In this document: positions 24,793 to 38,200 of the stretch, one piece after another
How positions within the stretch are numbered: the stretch's first letter is position 1
How the letters are laid out: the number at the start of each line of letters is the position of its first letter
NCBI RefSeq assembly: GCF_003918875.1
Contig: NW_025767379.1
Span: 868,001 to 932,000, forward strand
Reading direction: 5' to 3'
Source of the DNA: Haliotis rubra
Lineage: Eukaryota
Length of the DNA: 64,000 nt
Made by a program: the position numbers and the translations under genes
Notes under the pieces: model-generated
The model's database searches: none
Told to the model about the DNA's origin: nothing
The model's input: the letters and a program-made list of their open reading frames with translations, nothing else

Positions 24793-26704
24793 ACTATATG
24801 TGATAAAATTTACATAATTTGGGTTACCTATATTGATCACCTATATTGCATGAATGTTCGGCAATTGTCAGGCTGTTGTTTCATGTAGCATGCAGACTGT
24901 TAGCGGCATGAGAATGGTTCACGTGGTAGCATTGCATGAATCTGATTCTCGGATTTCGACACGTGTTCTGTTATTATTGATTGCCATAGAAACAGCTCCA
25001 GATTGACATTGTCGTGGATCTACAGGTATAATATACCAAGCAATACTTCTAGTATCGTTATGTTGTATTTTCACAGAGGGTAGTTTTCAAATCATCACAA
25101 ACAAGTACGATTGGTGTGGGAATATTTTTTTCCTGGATTTTTTTTTCTCGTCAAGCGGTTGGCAGTTTTGTTGAACAATCGAACTGACTCATCAGTTGGT
25201 TGTTATGAATGAGAAAAGTGCTCGGTGTGAACTCCCGGCCTAGTACTTCAATAGAGCATGTCGGACATGGTGTATTTATGGGAATGTTTAGTTGTCTTCT
25301 TGTCTACACAATCCCTGTTAGGAATATTTCGAGGATTGTATCTTAATTTTTAGATACTAAACATTCCGTATTTCAATAGCCGTGTATAAAAGAAGATAGA
25401 ACATGTTCGCTAACGTGAAATCGTGACACCACTACGAGCCAGAATGAATGTTAATTAAACGTTATCAGCATATAGATCAGGGATTACTTGTATATTCTGT
25501 AGCTGTCCCATGTCAACATTCTTCACTATAATATATAATATCCCGCCAGCTGAGACACACACAGTCCGACCAGGGGGTCACTACACGACACAGTAGGGTC
25601 AATGAGGAAACTCAACAATGAGGAAACTCAAGCCATTGTTTTAATGGTGCTACTGGTCGCTTTCTCCTCCAGTGTATATGTTTTACGTTACACCTTTGTA
25701 TAACATGTGATTAATTCCGTGAGCATTGGAATTTAGATTATGAAGTGACGAGAGATGTTGTTCTATCGGAAATATCTTTTTTTAACGTTAAATGATGTTA
25801 CCTACCGTTGATGCAATTTCAAAATAAGTGAGAGAGAGAAATTGGGAGAGATATTTGAGATAGGGGTAGTGACGGACAAATAACTAGTGTGTGTGTGTGA
25901 GAGAGAGGGGGAGGGAGAGAGAGGGGGTGACATTGTTGGCATTGTGTATTTGGCTGTGACAACGTGATTCACGGTTCAAGAACTTACCAACTCCCTATCG
26001 TACGTTCTAGACATCCATCGATTCCAGAGCACATTACTTATTCATCCTGGAGAGAACTCCCGTGAAACGTCCGCCGGGTTTCAGGTCAGAGTACTTTGGA
26101 CCAGGGCGTGGTCAACAAACATGCAGCTAACAACCAAGTTACCGTTAGGTCATTGACCACGTCATAGCGCTGACGACTCGCACATGTCCCGTTATATCGC
26201 CCACAGCGAGTTTAGGAGGGTCACCATCGGCATGTTCTCATCGCCTTCATCCCTACTGTCTTAAAACAACATTTCATGGTCTGTTGACTGTTGATTACGC
26301 AATGGTAAGCTAGTGGCACCCCTATGATCTAAAAGTGGACTCTTCTAGTTGAAGTAGTTGAAGAACAAAAAGACATTTTCTAAAGAATTTACTTCTGTTA
26401 TTTGTCTGTTATTTATTTACTCTGTTATTTGTCCAGTTTCCGATCACAATGATATTCACATCATATAACATCATATAACATCATATCACATATGTTTAGT
26501 GTTTAGGAAGTTTACTTCTGCGGATGTCCATTCTCACTTCATCACGAACATGTTGTCTCAGTCTGAACTTCTTAGTGGATGCACCAATCCTCTTTACTCA
26601 ACTATATATCCTTATAACAACTGAGTATTTTACAGTGAGAAATTAACTACATATCATTATTGCTTTTACAATTTAGCTTGAGCATTAATCCCTTTCATTT
26701 TATT

Positions 26705-27210
26705 TCAACTGAACTGAACTGAACTTTATTTCAACTCAGGCCACAGACAGCAGCATATGAGGTTACATATATGTTACAATTAAATATATTCACATAGTGT
26801 GTGCAGTCGAATATTTCATATATACAGATGAATAAGTAATGCATTATATAAATAAATAAATAATGAAATTCATCGCCAATGTCGTTACCATATTCTATCA
26901 CGTTTTGAATATTGCTCCAGCGGCCTGTTTCAATGGGTAAGTTATGATTTGCTGTTTCATAACGTAACGATGCCTGTGAACAATTATCATTTTAAATATC
27001 CAAATATTTACTCAACCTTCAATATAAGTTAGATAAGGAGCTATATAAGATACCTTTTGATGAATGTTCTACCGTAGACAACCACACTTGCTTATACGCC
27101 TCTTCTAGTTTACATTCAACATTTTGGGAATTCCAGATATAACTAAGTCCAATTTCGTCAAAACAATATTTAATATTATTATCCATTTATGCTTACATTT
27201 TCCAAAATGT
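26705..27210 (-). mobile_element. RTE-X-like LINE 3' remnant
   Basis: Minus strand encodes DEIGLSYIWNSQN (same motif class as 2215-2850); (AGTTC)n tail near 26705-26725. Confidence 0.55.
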
Positions 27211-28227
27211 GTGTCGTTCAACAGTAATTTAGACATGGAGTAAGGATAATTTGGAAGATTTACCTAATTAGTATGGCACTGACCAGTGAGTCAGGTTCAT
27301 TATAAGAATAGGGTGGATTTTCTAATCCCAATTAGCCTACATTGTTTTTGTATGCGAAATTGGATGTAGGCGAATTGAGATGTAGGCGAATAGAGACTAA
27401 ACCGTAAGTTTGCTCAGGCATTCTATTTCTGTGATATACAAGTTTCCAATTTGGTTTATGTGTTAATAACATTTCAGAAATATCCTATATTGACTTAATA
27501 ATTGATTGAGTATATAATAACCAATTAGGGTGAGATCGAGAAGGGCGAGTGATTTATGGGGCTGCGGGTAGGTGTAAATGATGGGGAGGTGGGGAGAGAG
27601 ATCCCTAGGAGGAAGAAAGGCGTTATATTAGTCTGTTATACAGACCCTGAATAATATACCCAGTACAGCCCATGCAAGTCTATAATGTAATCAAGCCTAG
27701 ATTACCACAGTTTCAAGGAAGAACGTCTTAGGGCTCCTTTCTATTATATTTTATGAACATTATTCAGAAAACGATATTTCTGTGAAATATTTTCTTTTTA
27801 GAGACTAGGTGTTGTTAGTCCAGCGTTACATATGGGTGGACGGATAAGTCATGACGTCGTCTAGCGTGGTTTAGTGGAGAGAGTTACTGTGTATTTTCGA
27901 CGGTTGGTAATCAGGAAGCAGGATTCCTTCTAAAAGAAGCATTTTATGTGTTTGCCTAAACATCGTCCGATATGTGAGGGTTCCGGACATCTGAAGTCCG
28001 GAATAGCGGGGTTCCACTGTACTGTCTGAGAAATGTACGTGAATACATGATTCAGCACTTCCACACTATATAAACACTGAAGATTCTGATCTCGATTTTC
28101 AAAATATGTATGCTCACTCTGTCTAAATTGCTTGTCAGTCTTTGATCTAACGTGACACTTTTGGGTTGGAATATGAATAGCAAAGTTTCCTTCAAAACAT
28201 GCAACGTGGCAAAGCGGGAGCATACTG

Positions 28228-29330
28228 CAGTCAGAGACCATGTATCTGTGTAGGGTCTGACACCGAGGTGGTGACCGACATTACAGTCAGAGACCATGTA
28301 TCTGTGTAGGGTCTGACACCGAGGATGGTGACCGACATTACAGTCAGAGACCATGTATCTGTGTAGGGTCTGACACCGAGGTGGTGGTGATCCGACATTG
28401 ACAGTCAGAGACCATGTATCTGTGTAGGGTCTGACACAGTCAGGTGGTGACCGACATTACAGTCAGAGACCATGTATCTGTGTAGGGTCTGACACCGAGG
28501 TGGTGACCGACATTACAGTCAGAGACCATGTATCTGTGTAGGGTCTGACGTGTAGGGTCTGTGGTGACCGACATTACAGTCAGAGACCATGTATCTGTGT
28601 AGGGTCTGACACCCGGTGGTGGTGACCAGTCAGACATTACAGTCAGAGGTGGTGACCATGTATCTGTGTAGGGTCTGACAGGGTCCGACACCGAGGTGGT
28701 GACCGACATTACAGTCAGAGACCATGTATCTGTGTAGGGTCTGACACCGAGGTGGTGACCGACCGACCATTACTGTGTAGGGTCTGAGTGGTGACATTAC
28801 AGTCAGAGACCATGTATATCTGTGTAGGGTCTGACACCGAGGTGGTGACCGACATTACAGTCAGAGACCATGTATCTGTGTAGGGTCTGACACCGAGGTG
28901 GTGACCGACATTACAGTCAGAGACCATGTATCTGTGTAGGGTCTGACACCGAGGTGGTGACCGACATTACAGTCAGAGACCATGTATCTGTGTAGGGTCT
29001 GACACCGAGGTGGTGACCGACATTACAGTCAGAGACCATGTATCTGTGTAGGGTCTGACACCGAGATGGTGACCGTGACATTACCGACATTACAGTCAGA
29101 GACCATGTATCTGTGTAGGGTCTGACGTCTGACGCCGAGGTGGTGACCGACATTACAGTCAGAGACCATGTATCTGTGTAGGGTCTGACACCGAGGTGGT
29201 GGTGACATGTACATTACAGTCAGTGATGACCATGTACATCTGTGTCACCATGGGGTCTGACACCGAGGCCATTCTGGTGATTCCGCTTTGCCGGACATTC
29301 GGCAGCAGAAGTATCAGAGACCATGTATAC
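28228..29330. repeat. 56-bp minisatellite, ~18 units, degenerate at the 3' end
   Basis: Unit CAGTCAGAGACCATGTATCTGTGTAGGGTCTGACACCGAGGTGGTGACCGACATTA. Confidence 0.95.
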
Positions 29331-29802
29331 GTTGTTGATTTCATTTTTACATTAATACCCGATATCGCAGATTTTTTAGTCAGCAGCTACTTAATACCAA
29401 TCTGCTGCTCCGGTTTCACCATCCGACATTGGGTGTCCACTTCCTTGCTACTGGTCAGTACCGTTCTAACTGTCTGGTTTTGCACCAGCTCCACATGTTG
29501 TTTATACTGCGATCAGAGGTCGGAAGTAAAACATGGGCAGTATATTGCTATGTGTTCTCAGCTTGTTCTATTTGTTTGTTCCATGTATTAATGTGTCAAG
29601 GTCACAGCTCCCGGTGTCTGAAGGTCATTACATGTTGGGTATGTTCTGTATGAAGCCAGTGATTAATGTATTTCTACACAAGTAAACTTGCCAACATTAT
29701 AAGTGAGCATATGAACACGAATCACGCACAGCCGGTACCCTATAATAGACTTACATATACAGACAAAATGTTGAATATATCAGTCTTACTGAAATGGATA
29801 GG

Positions 29803-29940
29803 ATGGTCTTGAAGTCAACTATTTATTATCTAGCCCATGGTCTTGAAGTCAACTATTTATTATCTAGCCCAAGGTCTTGAAGTCAACTATTTATTATCTA
29901 GCCCATGGTCTTGAAGTCAACTATTTATTATCTAGCCCAT
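29803..29940. repeat. 34-bp tandem repeat x4
   Basis: ATGGTCTTGAAGTCAACTATTTATTATCTAGCCC at 29803, 29837, 29871, 29905. Confidence 0.95.
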
Positions 29941-29952
29941 AGAAAACTGGAA

Positions 29953-30108
29953 GGGGCGGTGAGTTAGCCTAGTGGTTAGAGCGTTCACTCGTCACGCTGA
30001 AAACCCGCTATTCCACACATGGGTACAATGTGTGAATCCCATTGCTGGTGTCCCCCGCCGTGATATTGCTGGATTATTGCTAAAGTGACGTAAAACTACA
30101 CTCTCTCA
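29953..30108 (+). mobile_element. family-1 SINE
   Basis: Head GGGGCGGTGAGTTAGCCTAGTGG and family body/tail. Confidence 0.82.
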
Positions 30109-31628
30109 ATTCGGGGATACATGAAAAGACCTTTTTTTCTGTTCCCGACATACGAGATTAGTTTATCCAGGAATGTTTCTTATATATATTATGTCACTGG
30201 ACATCAGTAACATAGATACGCTATTTATGTTGACAATTTCCGTCTCTTGGTGAATGGGGACACCTCGACATATAGTAGATTTTTGTCTTTAAGGAACATG
30301 CATATGACCAGAGAGGTGACAGTGAATGACTGAGTATAAAGTCACTTTGGCAATATTTCAGTCATATCTTGACAGAGAAGATACAAAATAAGTTAAGCTG
30401 TTAGCATGTCGGATATAGAGATGTGGTGTAAATTGCCAAATCGCCAAAAATCGCCTGTTACGACAAGCATGGGTTACTGAAGATTCGTTCTAACCCGGAT
30501 CTTCACGGGTCTCAGCCCGGTATAAGAATGAAATTAAAATGAAATCCAGAAATTGTCAGTCTCTCTGTTCGATTTACTCAGTCAAACTTTTCGTCACTTT
30601 CTCGCTTCAATTGAAAAAACAACAACATTTGAACGGAAAAGACTAAGTATAGCCAAAGGGAAGTACTATCTTACACTATAGGCCACTTCGACATTCCAGA
30701 ATCTTTCTTTGCTAGATTTGAAATCGAGAACTGTGTCCAAATATTTTTCAAGGAAGTTTCATACTACTGTCGTTCAGCTCCAGAATGTTGCTTTCTGATT
30801 GGCTAATGCCGACGTCTTGGTAGACATTTCATTGGTCGGTCAAAGTTCGCGAAAAGTTCGTTCTGAAGTGGTGGGTAAATGACGTTGTATAGCGAGGACC
30901 CAGGTCTGATTTCACTGAGATTGTGATCCATCTTTTCTTTACAATACTTGTTCGGGCTAGTTCCCAAGGGGAATACATTGTCGAGACTTCATGGAATTTA
31001 TGACAACCCTGGCGTACAATCACACAGTATAATAACTGTACGTTTTTGTGATGTCAATCTTTTGTGAAACATCCAGAGCATGTGTAGACCTTGTCAACAT
31101 TTTGCGTCTTTGAAATTTGACTTCATGTTTCTTGGACAGATTTTGTATTCAAGGAAAGAGCAGAATAGTAAACCACGCAACCAAACACTTTACCTCTCTG
31201 TTCATGTTATCATATGTTTCATTGCACCTTGAAAAGTTAACGATATGACATAACTGTGGTGGCGCTTAGTCAGCACTTAAACAACACGTAGACATGTTTT
31301 TATTTTTGAAAATATAACCAGATTTTAACTATTAAAATTACAAAATGTACATTCGCATATATTATCAAAGTTATCAGGTGATAATTATGATTATCCAATC
31401 GATTAGGCATTCCATGTTAGTGATTAATGACAACAATCATGGAAGATGTGCCGGCAATTTGTGTACAAAATACCGAGCCCTGTGAGTTTCGGTTACCACG
31501 AGGGCTAATAACCTACCTCTGCAAAGTATAAAACAATGACAGTTCCATAATCCTTGTTAGATGGTCTTGGGTATGGTGAATGTTTATGGAAGGAGATTGT
31601 TCAAATCCTTATTACAACAGCATCACAG

Positions 31629-31875
31629 CCATGTGAAGATCCGGGTTAGAATTGATCTTCAGGAACCCATGCTTGTCGTAAGAGGCGACTAACGGGATCG
31701 GGTGGTCAGGCTCACTGACTTGGTTGACACATGTCATCGTGTCCCAGTTGCGTAGATCGATGTTCTTGCTGTTGATCACTGGAATTGTCTGGTCCAGACT
31801 CGATTATTTTCAGACCGCCGCCTTACAGCTGAGATATTGCTGAGTGCGGCGTAAGCTAAACTCACTCACTCACTC
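31629..31875 (+). mobile_element. SINE family 2, full length
   Basis: GTGAAGATCCGGGTTAGAATT head, CTTGTCGTAAGAGGCGACTAA core, tail shared with family 1. Confidence 0.9.
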
Positions 31876-33164
31876 ATGTCACCAATCGGAGCGTGTCAGT
31901 TAACGGCGGGAGGCAAGTCCAGTGACGCAAGATGTGGACCTGTGTTGTGCGGCCAATACAAGAGTTATTTCCCTTTACACCTCAAGTATGATTTTTTTAC
32001 CCAGATTGTTCAATCCTTTACGAAGAAACTAAATTCTAAACTATTTATATATTCAAAGTTTGGAAGGGCTCAAATCGATGTGTCTTTTTACCCATTAAGA
32101 AAATACCTACAGTGGCTTTATTGAAAAAATATTTCAGATTGAGTAGAACCTGCGCACGTTAGAGCAAGAGCTGTTCTCAAATGCGGTAAAAATATGTTTG
32201 GCAAGAATTACCGGCAGTGAATTTCATGATGCTGTGTGTGCATAAATGAATAAGCATCTCAGAATTTTCATGAAGCTACAAATAACAGAGGATATTTTTC
32301 TGAAACAAAGTATATTATACAGCATCGGTTATACAATGAACTATTCAAATGCTCGCCATGTAACTGCGTACATTCCCTCTAGCGAAATGGACTCCATGAC
32401 TTGACCATGGTGTTCGAGACGACCAACGGCAATCAACACTTGGCTGAACATTTGTTACGTGACCCTGACGGCGTGGGTTGGTGTTCATGCGATCACCCAC
32501 TGGGTTGCCTTACCACCCTGTTATTGACAGGTCACATGTTAAAGTTCCAATGTGAACGTGTCGTAAAACAACATTCACATACTCTTGTAACACATCCCAT
32601 CGGCGACAGAATCGTAAAGGCTGTGGTTTGTAGTGACGTGCTACTGTAACTCGCTCCATGTGTTGTAATCTGCTACAAATGTCCCTCTACTCTGTGACAT
32701 GTGCACAAGCTGTGTTAATTGTAGTACTTACCAGTTTTAGGAATGCTAATTGCATGTGTGTATTTGTGTTGAGTGTTTGTTAGTGTGTTGAAGATCATAC
32801 GCACTGGCGAGCAAAGCAAGATTTTATTCTCATTCTAAATTAACTGTAAAATGGTTCCGCATGATTATATCTTTAAATATGATTTGATTTAAGACTTTTA
32901 AAATTCAGAAAAAAACATAATGCAGTCTAATGATAGATATCTTAGGCATTAATTTTCATCTTTGAAAATCAGTATATTTGCTATTTTCTGCACAGTTTTA
33001 CAGCATTTCAAACAGGAGCCTGAAATTCATTTCTTATCCTAGTTTTACTTGAACCATATTGTTTTCAAAAAGGGACTTTAAGTGATTCCTTGTTCATCAG
33101 GCTGTATCTGTCAAATCATGGCCCATGATCTCACTCTAAAGTTGCATTGACGGTGGACGTTTTC

Positions 33165-33400
33165 GTTTTTAATTCACCTGAATGAACGTCAAGTGAGCTT
33201 ATGTCGTAGCATTGCCCGTCTGTCACTAAAACGTATGACATGTTCAACGTCGCCTCCGAAACTACCCGTTCTTTTTGGCTTAACGTTTGTGTGAATGATA
33301 CTGACTATGGCGTCTCTAAACTGTAATCAAATATTATGATCCAATATAAACAGAGAAATTACAGCGGCCATTTTGAAAATGTCATTTTGCAAATTGATAG
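33165..33400 (+). mobile_element. probable non-autonomous Helitron/Helentron-type remnant
   Basis: tttttaattcacctg..caagtgagctt..cgtctgtc start resembles common molluscan Helitron-N 5' ends (recalled, not searched). Confidence 0.35.
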
Positions 33401-33975
33401 AGAAGCCGACGTGTGGTACGTCTGGCACGTCCAACCACTGCCTCGCTGTTTTAGTGGGACTACGTTTTATACATTTCCTCCACCCATGGAGATGATATGT
33501 CTGAATAATCCCACATCTGGTGTCTCCACAAACTCCAATCAGACTTTTAACATGTCTGATATTACGTCTTCGAAATTCGGAGGACTTGTGGAGTTTTGTT
33601 GTTCAATCTTTCACCTCGGAAGGAATATTGTTATCCATGTTGAGTAATGAAATTTATCATCCAAAATTGTGTTCCACAGTAGATATCACTTGTGATATCT
33701 CCAGATCTGACAGTAGATTTTGTACAATGCCCTATTGACAATGATATTCCAAGGCTAGAAAGCGAATATATGACAGGGTGTATCAATGTGGACGAACGTA
33801 TAATGACAGAAATATACAGTTGATAGTCAGTGCAACAATATATGAGGAGGACACCTTTGATCTGAGTTATCTTACTATAATGATTTAAAGAAAAGAAGTT
33901 ATTTGAACATATACCACTGACTAATTATGTATAGAATTATCAACATGATTTTTTTAATACGATATAGATATTTAT

Positions 33976-34153
33976 GTAACATAACAACGTATGGTATTTA
34001 TTTACAACTTCTTTATTATTTCCAACACGACGTTTCTGGGCTACTTCTTGCGCCTTCATCATTCAACTGATGAAGAGGCAAGAAGCAGCCCAGAAACGTC
34101 GTGTTGTAAATAATATAGAAGCTGTAAATACATACCATACGTTGTAATGTTAC
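33976..34153. mobile_element. palindromic Penelope-like remnant with hammerhead-like core (second subfamily)
   Basis: ~85-bp inverted arms; CTGATGA 34067-34073, GGC/GCC stem, GAAACGTC 34093-34100. Confidence 0.65.
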
Positions 34154-35232
34154 CATTCAACTTCTAAATGCCCATCAAGCATCTGTTTATGTAATGTTTT
34201 CACGCATGTAATCAAATATATGTATTTTGGTGTAAACTATGATATTTAGTGTTAATTATTATAGTTGTTTGTTGACGCCTACGACATGTTTTGAACCTTT
34301 ACCGGGCGACGTATTGCCAAGAATGTCTGTGTAAGCTAGCTATTTTGAAACTGACTATACATATTTGATTACACTCTCGTATCATTTATTACTTGAGTTC
34401 CTGGGCAAGTGACCCAGGGCCATGTCATGTACGTATTAATCACAGCACGTGTCCGATATGGCCCGGGTCAGCAGAATTAATTTCATTATTTAGAAATTAA
34501 TAATAACCTTGTCAATGTATGTTTGCTTGGACAACACACGTCCTGTTTGTATAATATTACACCCGTACAATGTCAGTTCTCACTTGGGAGGATGTCACAG
34601 GCATCACAGAATCGAAACAAACATGCGCACTTCAGATTTTGGAGTTAAGGAGAGGAAATATAGATCGCAACCGGGAGCACATATCCTTGAGTGAAATCGA
34701 TTGCCAACAACAATAGCAAGCGTCCCGTCGATCCCCGATATAACGAGACACGCTCAAGTTGTCGTCGTTGAAAAAACTCAGTGAGCGGTATTTGGAGAAG
34801 CAGGTTGAAGACAATGGAGGATTAGCTGGTCAGTTGTCCGATCTGCCAATCGCCGCGGGATGAACTCACCTCAAAACAACTGAAGTAATTAAATACGTGA
34901 GAGACGAGGTCAGGACAATGTTCTACACACGGTATCCCGTTAATGGCCTGTCACGCCCTGGATGACCACGTGACGCCGAGGAGACGATTTCATTGGATGT
35001 TGACATTGTTCGGGAATGCGCTGTTCTATTTTCATTCACACCTGTATTGGGAAATAATACGTGGACTTCGCCATCAACATGCTTCGTGATGGCGACGTGA
35101 GTTTGTGACATGGAGTTGTACCCTATCTAAACCTACCCTGACATGGATTGCCGACAAGCGCTTGCGAGTTAACACCACCTGGATCATCAGAGCCAACGCC
35201 GGGACTCAGGTGTGCATGAAGCCACTGCAACC

Positions 35233-38200
35233 ATGGACGAGTTATTCGCGACAAACACGGGACCACCGGCGACCGCTGGCGATGGAGCGTTTGAGAGATT
35301 TCTTACAGCAGCTATTGCTGCTATCATTACTATTATGTTCTCATGGAGGTTACTCGCTACGGAGGAGAATGTTGGGGTGGGGAAGGTGCTGTGGGTGGGG
35401 CCCCTGTGTCCGTGGGGAGGGAAGTCCCCAAAGTTGTCATGAAGAAAGCCATTAAAATGGCAAAGGCTGCTGGATACACAGAAGAAAGTAAACAACTGGA
35501 AAAGGAACGGGGGCTCAGTGAGGAAGGTAAGAAAGATGATATAATCGGTAGCGGCTCAGGTATAAATACTGTGACGTCACCTGACCTACTTAGTGAACAG
35601 CTTATTACGTGCTGGGAAGAGAGGCCAAGATTAAATGACGACGAGGAGGGACTGTTAGAGAGGACAGAATTAAAGGGGCTCTCTACTGAGGCAGATATGG
35701 ATCTAGGGGTTAACGGATTTTCCAGGGGGAACCCAGAATATAGGGACATTCTTGATGACGACAGGTACCGTCCCTTTGAAGGAGGGGCGGAGTTCGGGGA
35801 CAACATTGAACCACGTGAATTAGATTCCGACGAGGAAATGTATTGTGGCACAATGCTTGAAACTATAATGGAGGAAGATTCGGATGACATGTGCAGCACC
35901 AGTACAGGCAGTGATGTCGATTCATTAGGGAGGACTGGGGAGTTTGGGTACTATGAGCTTAACGCCGAGGGGGATTATGAGGGGGATCATACTGAGGAAG
36001 GGGGTTGCACGGTGCACGTGATGGAGGATGGGTCTGAACTCAGTACTAATGTGATAACTATTGCTAGTGGTGCTACATGGCACGTAAGCGATGAATTCGG
36101 TGACAGTGTTTCGTATGACGAGACAGATATTGCTAGTTCTCGTGGGGGTGCAGACGACAGTTATGATGCGCAGAGAAAGAGTGCGCTGCTTCCGGGTGAT
36201 ACAGCAGACGATAGCAATTCTGATGGTAGCGACGAGTCTGTGGTAACTGTTGTAACTAGGCAACTATCTGAGGAGAAAGAAAGCCCTATAAATTCACAAG
36301 AATTCAAGCTTTACAAACACAGGCCAAATCGAAATTGTCCCCGTGAGAACACGCGCAACAAGTCAAGTTTTAAATGTTTCGCCCGTATCCGTTCAGTCCA
36401 CTTTCCAGGCCTTACAACCCGATGAACCGTATCCGACTGACGATCTACACTCGCCCGCTACCACATCAGGCATTGACGAGGGCTTACAAACTGAAAATTA
36501 TGCAGAAGCAACCGATATGCCGTCACCTTCACAGGACTCAGGGATCTATTCGATTGAAACTCGAGTAGACAACGAGCAAGTCCGCGGATCGCTCGAGGGT
36601 ATTGACGAACTTGAAGAAAAGTTCGATATCAACAGTAACGTTGATCCAAGTGCCAAAGAATCAGAGAATAATAGTGCTTCCAGGAATGCAAGCCGTGTGT
36701 TGAACATTGAGACAGTGAATAAGGAATCAGTGGAAACTGACGGTTCTGTAAATGAGAATGGAACGAGATTGGACATTGTGTATGGTGACATGAGTGGAGG
36801 AGATGATGTGCCTGATTATAAGGATGCCTATGTTTCGTCAGCTGTTGAAAAAACACCTAAAGGGTTTATTTTCTCTCGGTTTGAACTGGAAACCACCGAC
36901 TACGAGGAGAAGGTGTATACCACAGACAGAGCAACTCACACAGTTGTGGCCAAACTTGTTGCAGAGGAGAAGTTTGTTCCCACCGAGCAGACTGATGCCG
37001 ATATTCGTGAACAGTTTGCAAATCTGGGAGAAGGGGACAAGATTGAGACATCACCTCGGACATTTGCAAAGGCTGGTTCGTCTAGGGAAACAAACATTGA
37101 TGAAAACTTTGAAACAGATTCTGGGAGTCGACCTCTTATTCTAAGGCCTGATTCACCAGAGAAGAAACGGACGCATATAGCTACCGAATATAAACAAACA
37201 AACATTGCTGACCCTATGGGCGCTACCGAACGCCTTCAGCGCAACCAACATGAAACAAATATTGATGATCATGATGTGGTTAGATATCAAGACGCAGCAA
37301 GCCATGAAACAAACGGAATCACAAAACATTCATTAACTATGACAGGGTCTGCTGCTCCTCCCGAGAAGTTCCTAAGGATGGATAAGACGGATGGGTCCCG
37401 GTCCCATCGCATTGTGCCACTGACTAAGGAGACTTCTGATGCTGACAGAGTGATGAAGGCTGATGGAGGCAAATCTCGGGAGACAAACATCGGCGATACA
37501 GCAAGCATGGCTAAACGACTTTCATCCATCAGCCAAGGGGAATCTCCCCCTGAGAAAATACTGAGAATCGGCAGCAGCAAATCTCTAGAGACTCTTATTG
37601 ATGACAGTAAATCGTCAACGGCTCATTCAGGCACAGACAAAGGTCAAGGTCAACTCGGAACAGAGAGAACGTTGACGTTTGTCACTGAATCCCGGGAAAC
37701 AATAACAGATGCGAGGCATTCTTCCGAGTCTACAATGCCCCCCAAGCAGAGCCAAGAAACAAACATGGTAGAAGACAGACACCATATACCACAGACGCAG
37801 TCACGGGAAACGTTGATTGATGACCCCAGTGTCTCCTACCCTAAACAAGGAACTAGTAGCATCCACAGAACTGTGAATGTGCAAGACAGTGGTCATGGGC
37901 CCCGTGAAACACTTATTGATGATGTAGCTAGCACAGTGTCGCAAGAACTGAACACAAACAGAACATCTAAAGAGACACTCATTGATGATGTTCCAGCGCC
38001 CAAATTCCCCACTTGTTTACAAGATCGATCAGGGCAGAAAGAGACATCCAGAAGTAGGGAAACAGTGATTGATGACGTAGTCATCACAAACAAAACATCT
38101 AAAGAGACACTCATTGATGATGTTCCAGCGCCCAAATTCCCCACTAGTTTACAGGATCGATCAGGGCAGAAAGAGACATCCAGAAGTAGGGAAACAGTGA

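Noticed and set aside
28228-29330. Minus-strand ORFs in the 56-bp array
   Set aside because: Unit length is not a multiple of 3; the translations are repeat artefacts
34858-34960. In-frame TGA codons as selenocysteine or read-through
   Set aside because: The same frame also contains TAA stops, and no SECIS-like element was recognised
34745-35230. Extra coding region or fifth TRIM remnant (LVSCPICQ...CSTHGIPL) upstream of the giant exon
   Set aside because: Several stops in every frame and incomplete zinc-ligand spacing; cannot be distinguished from chance or 5' UTR
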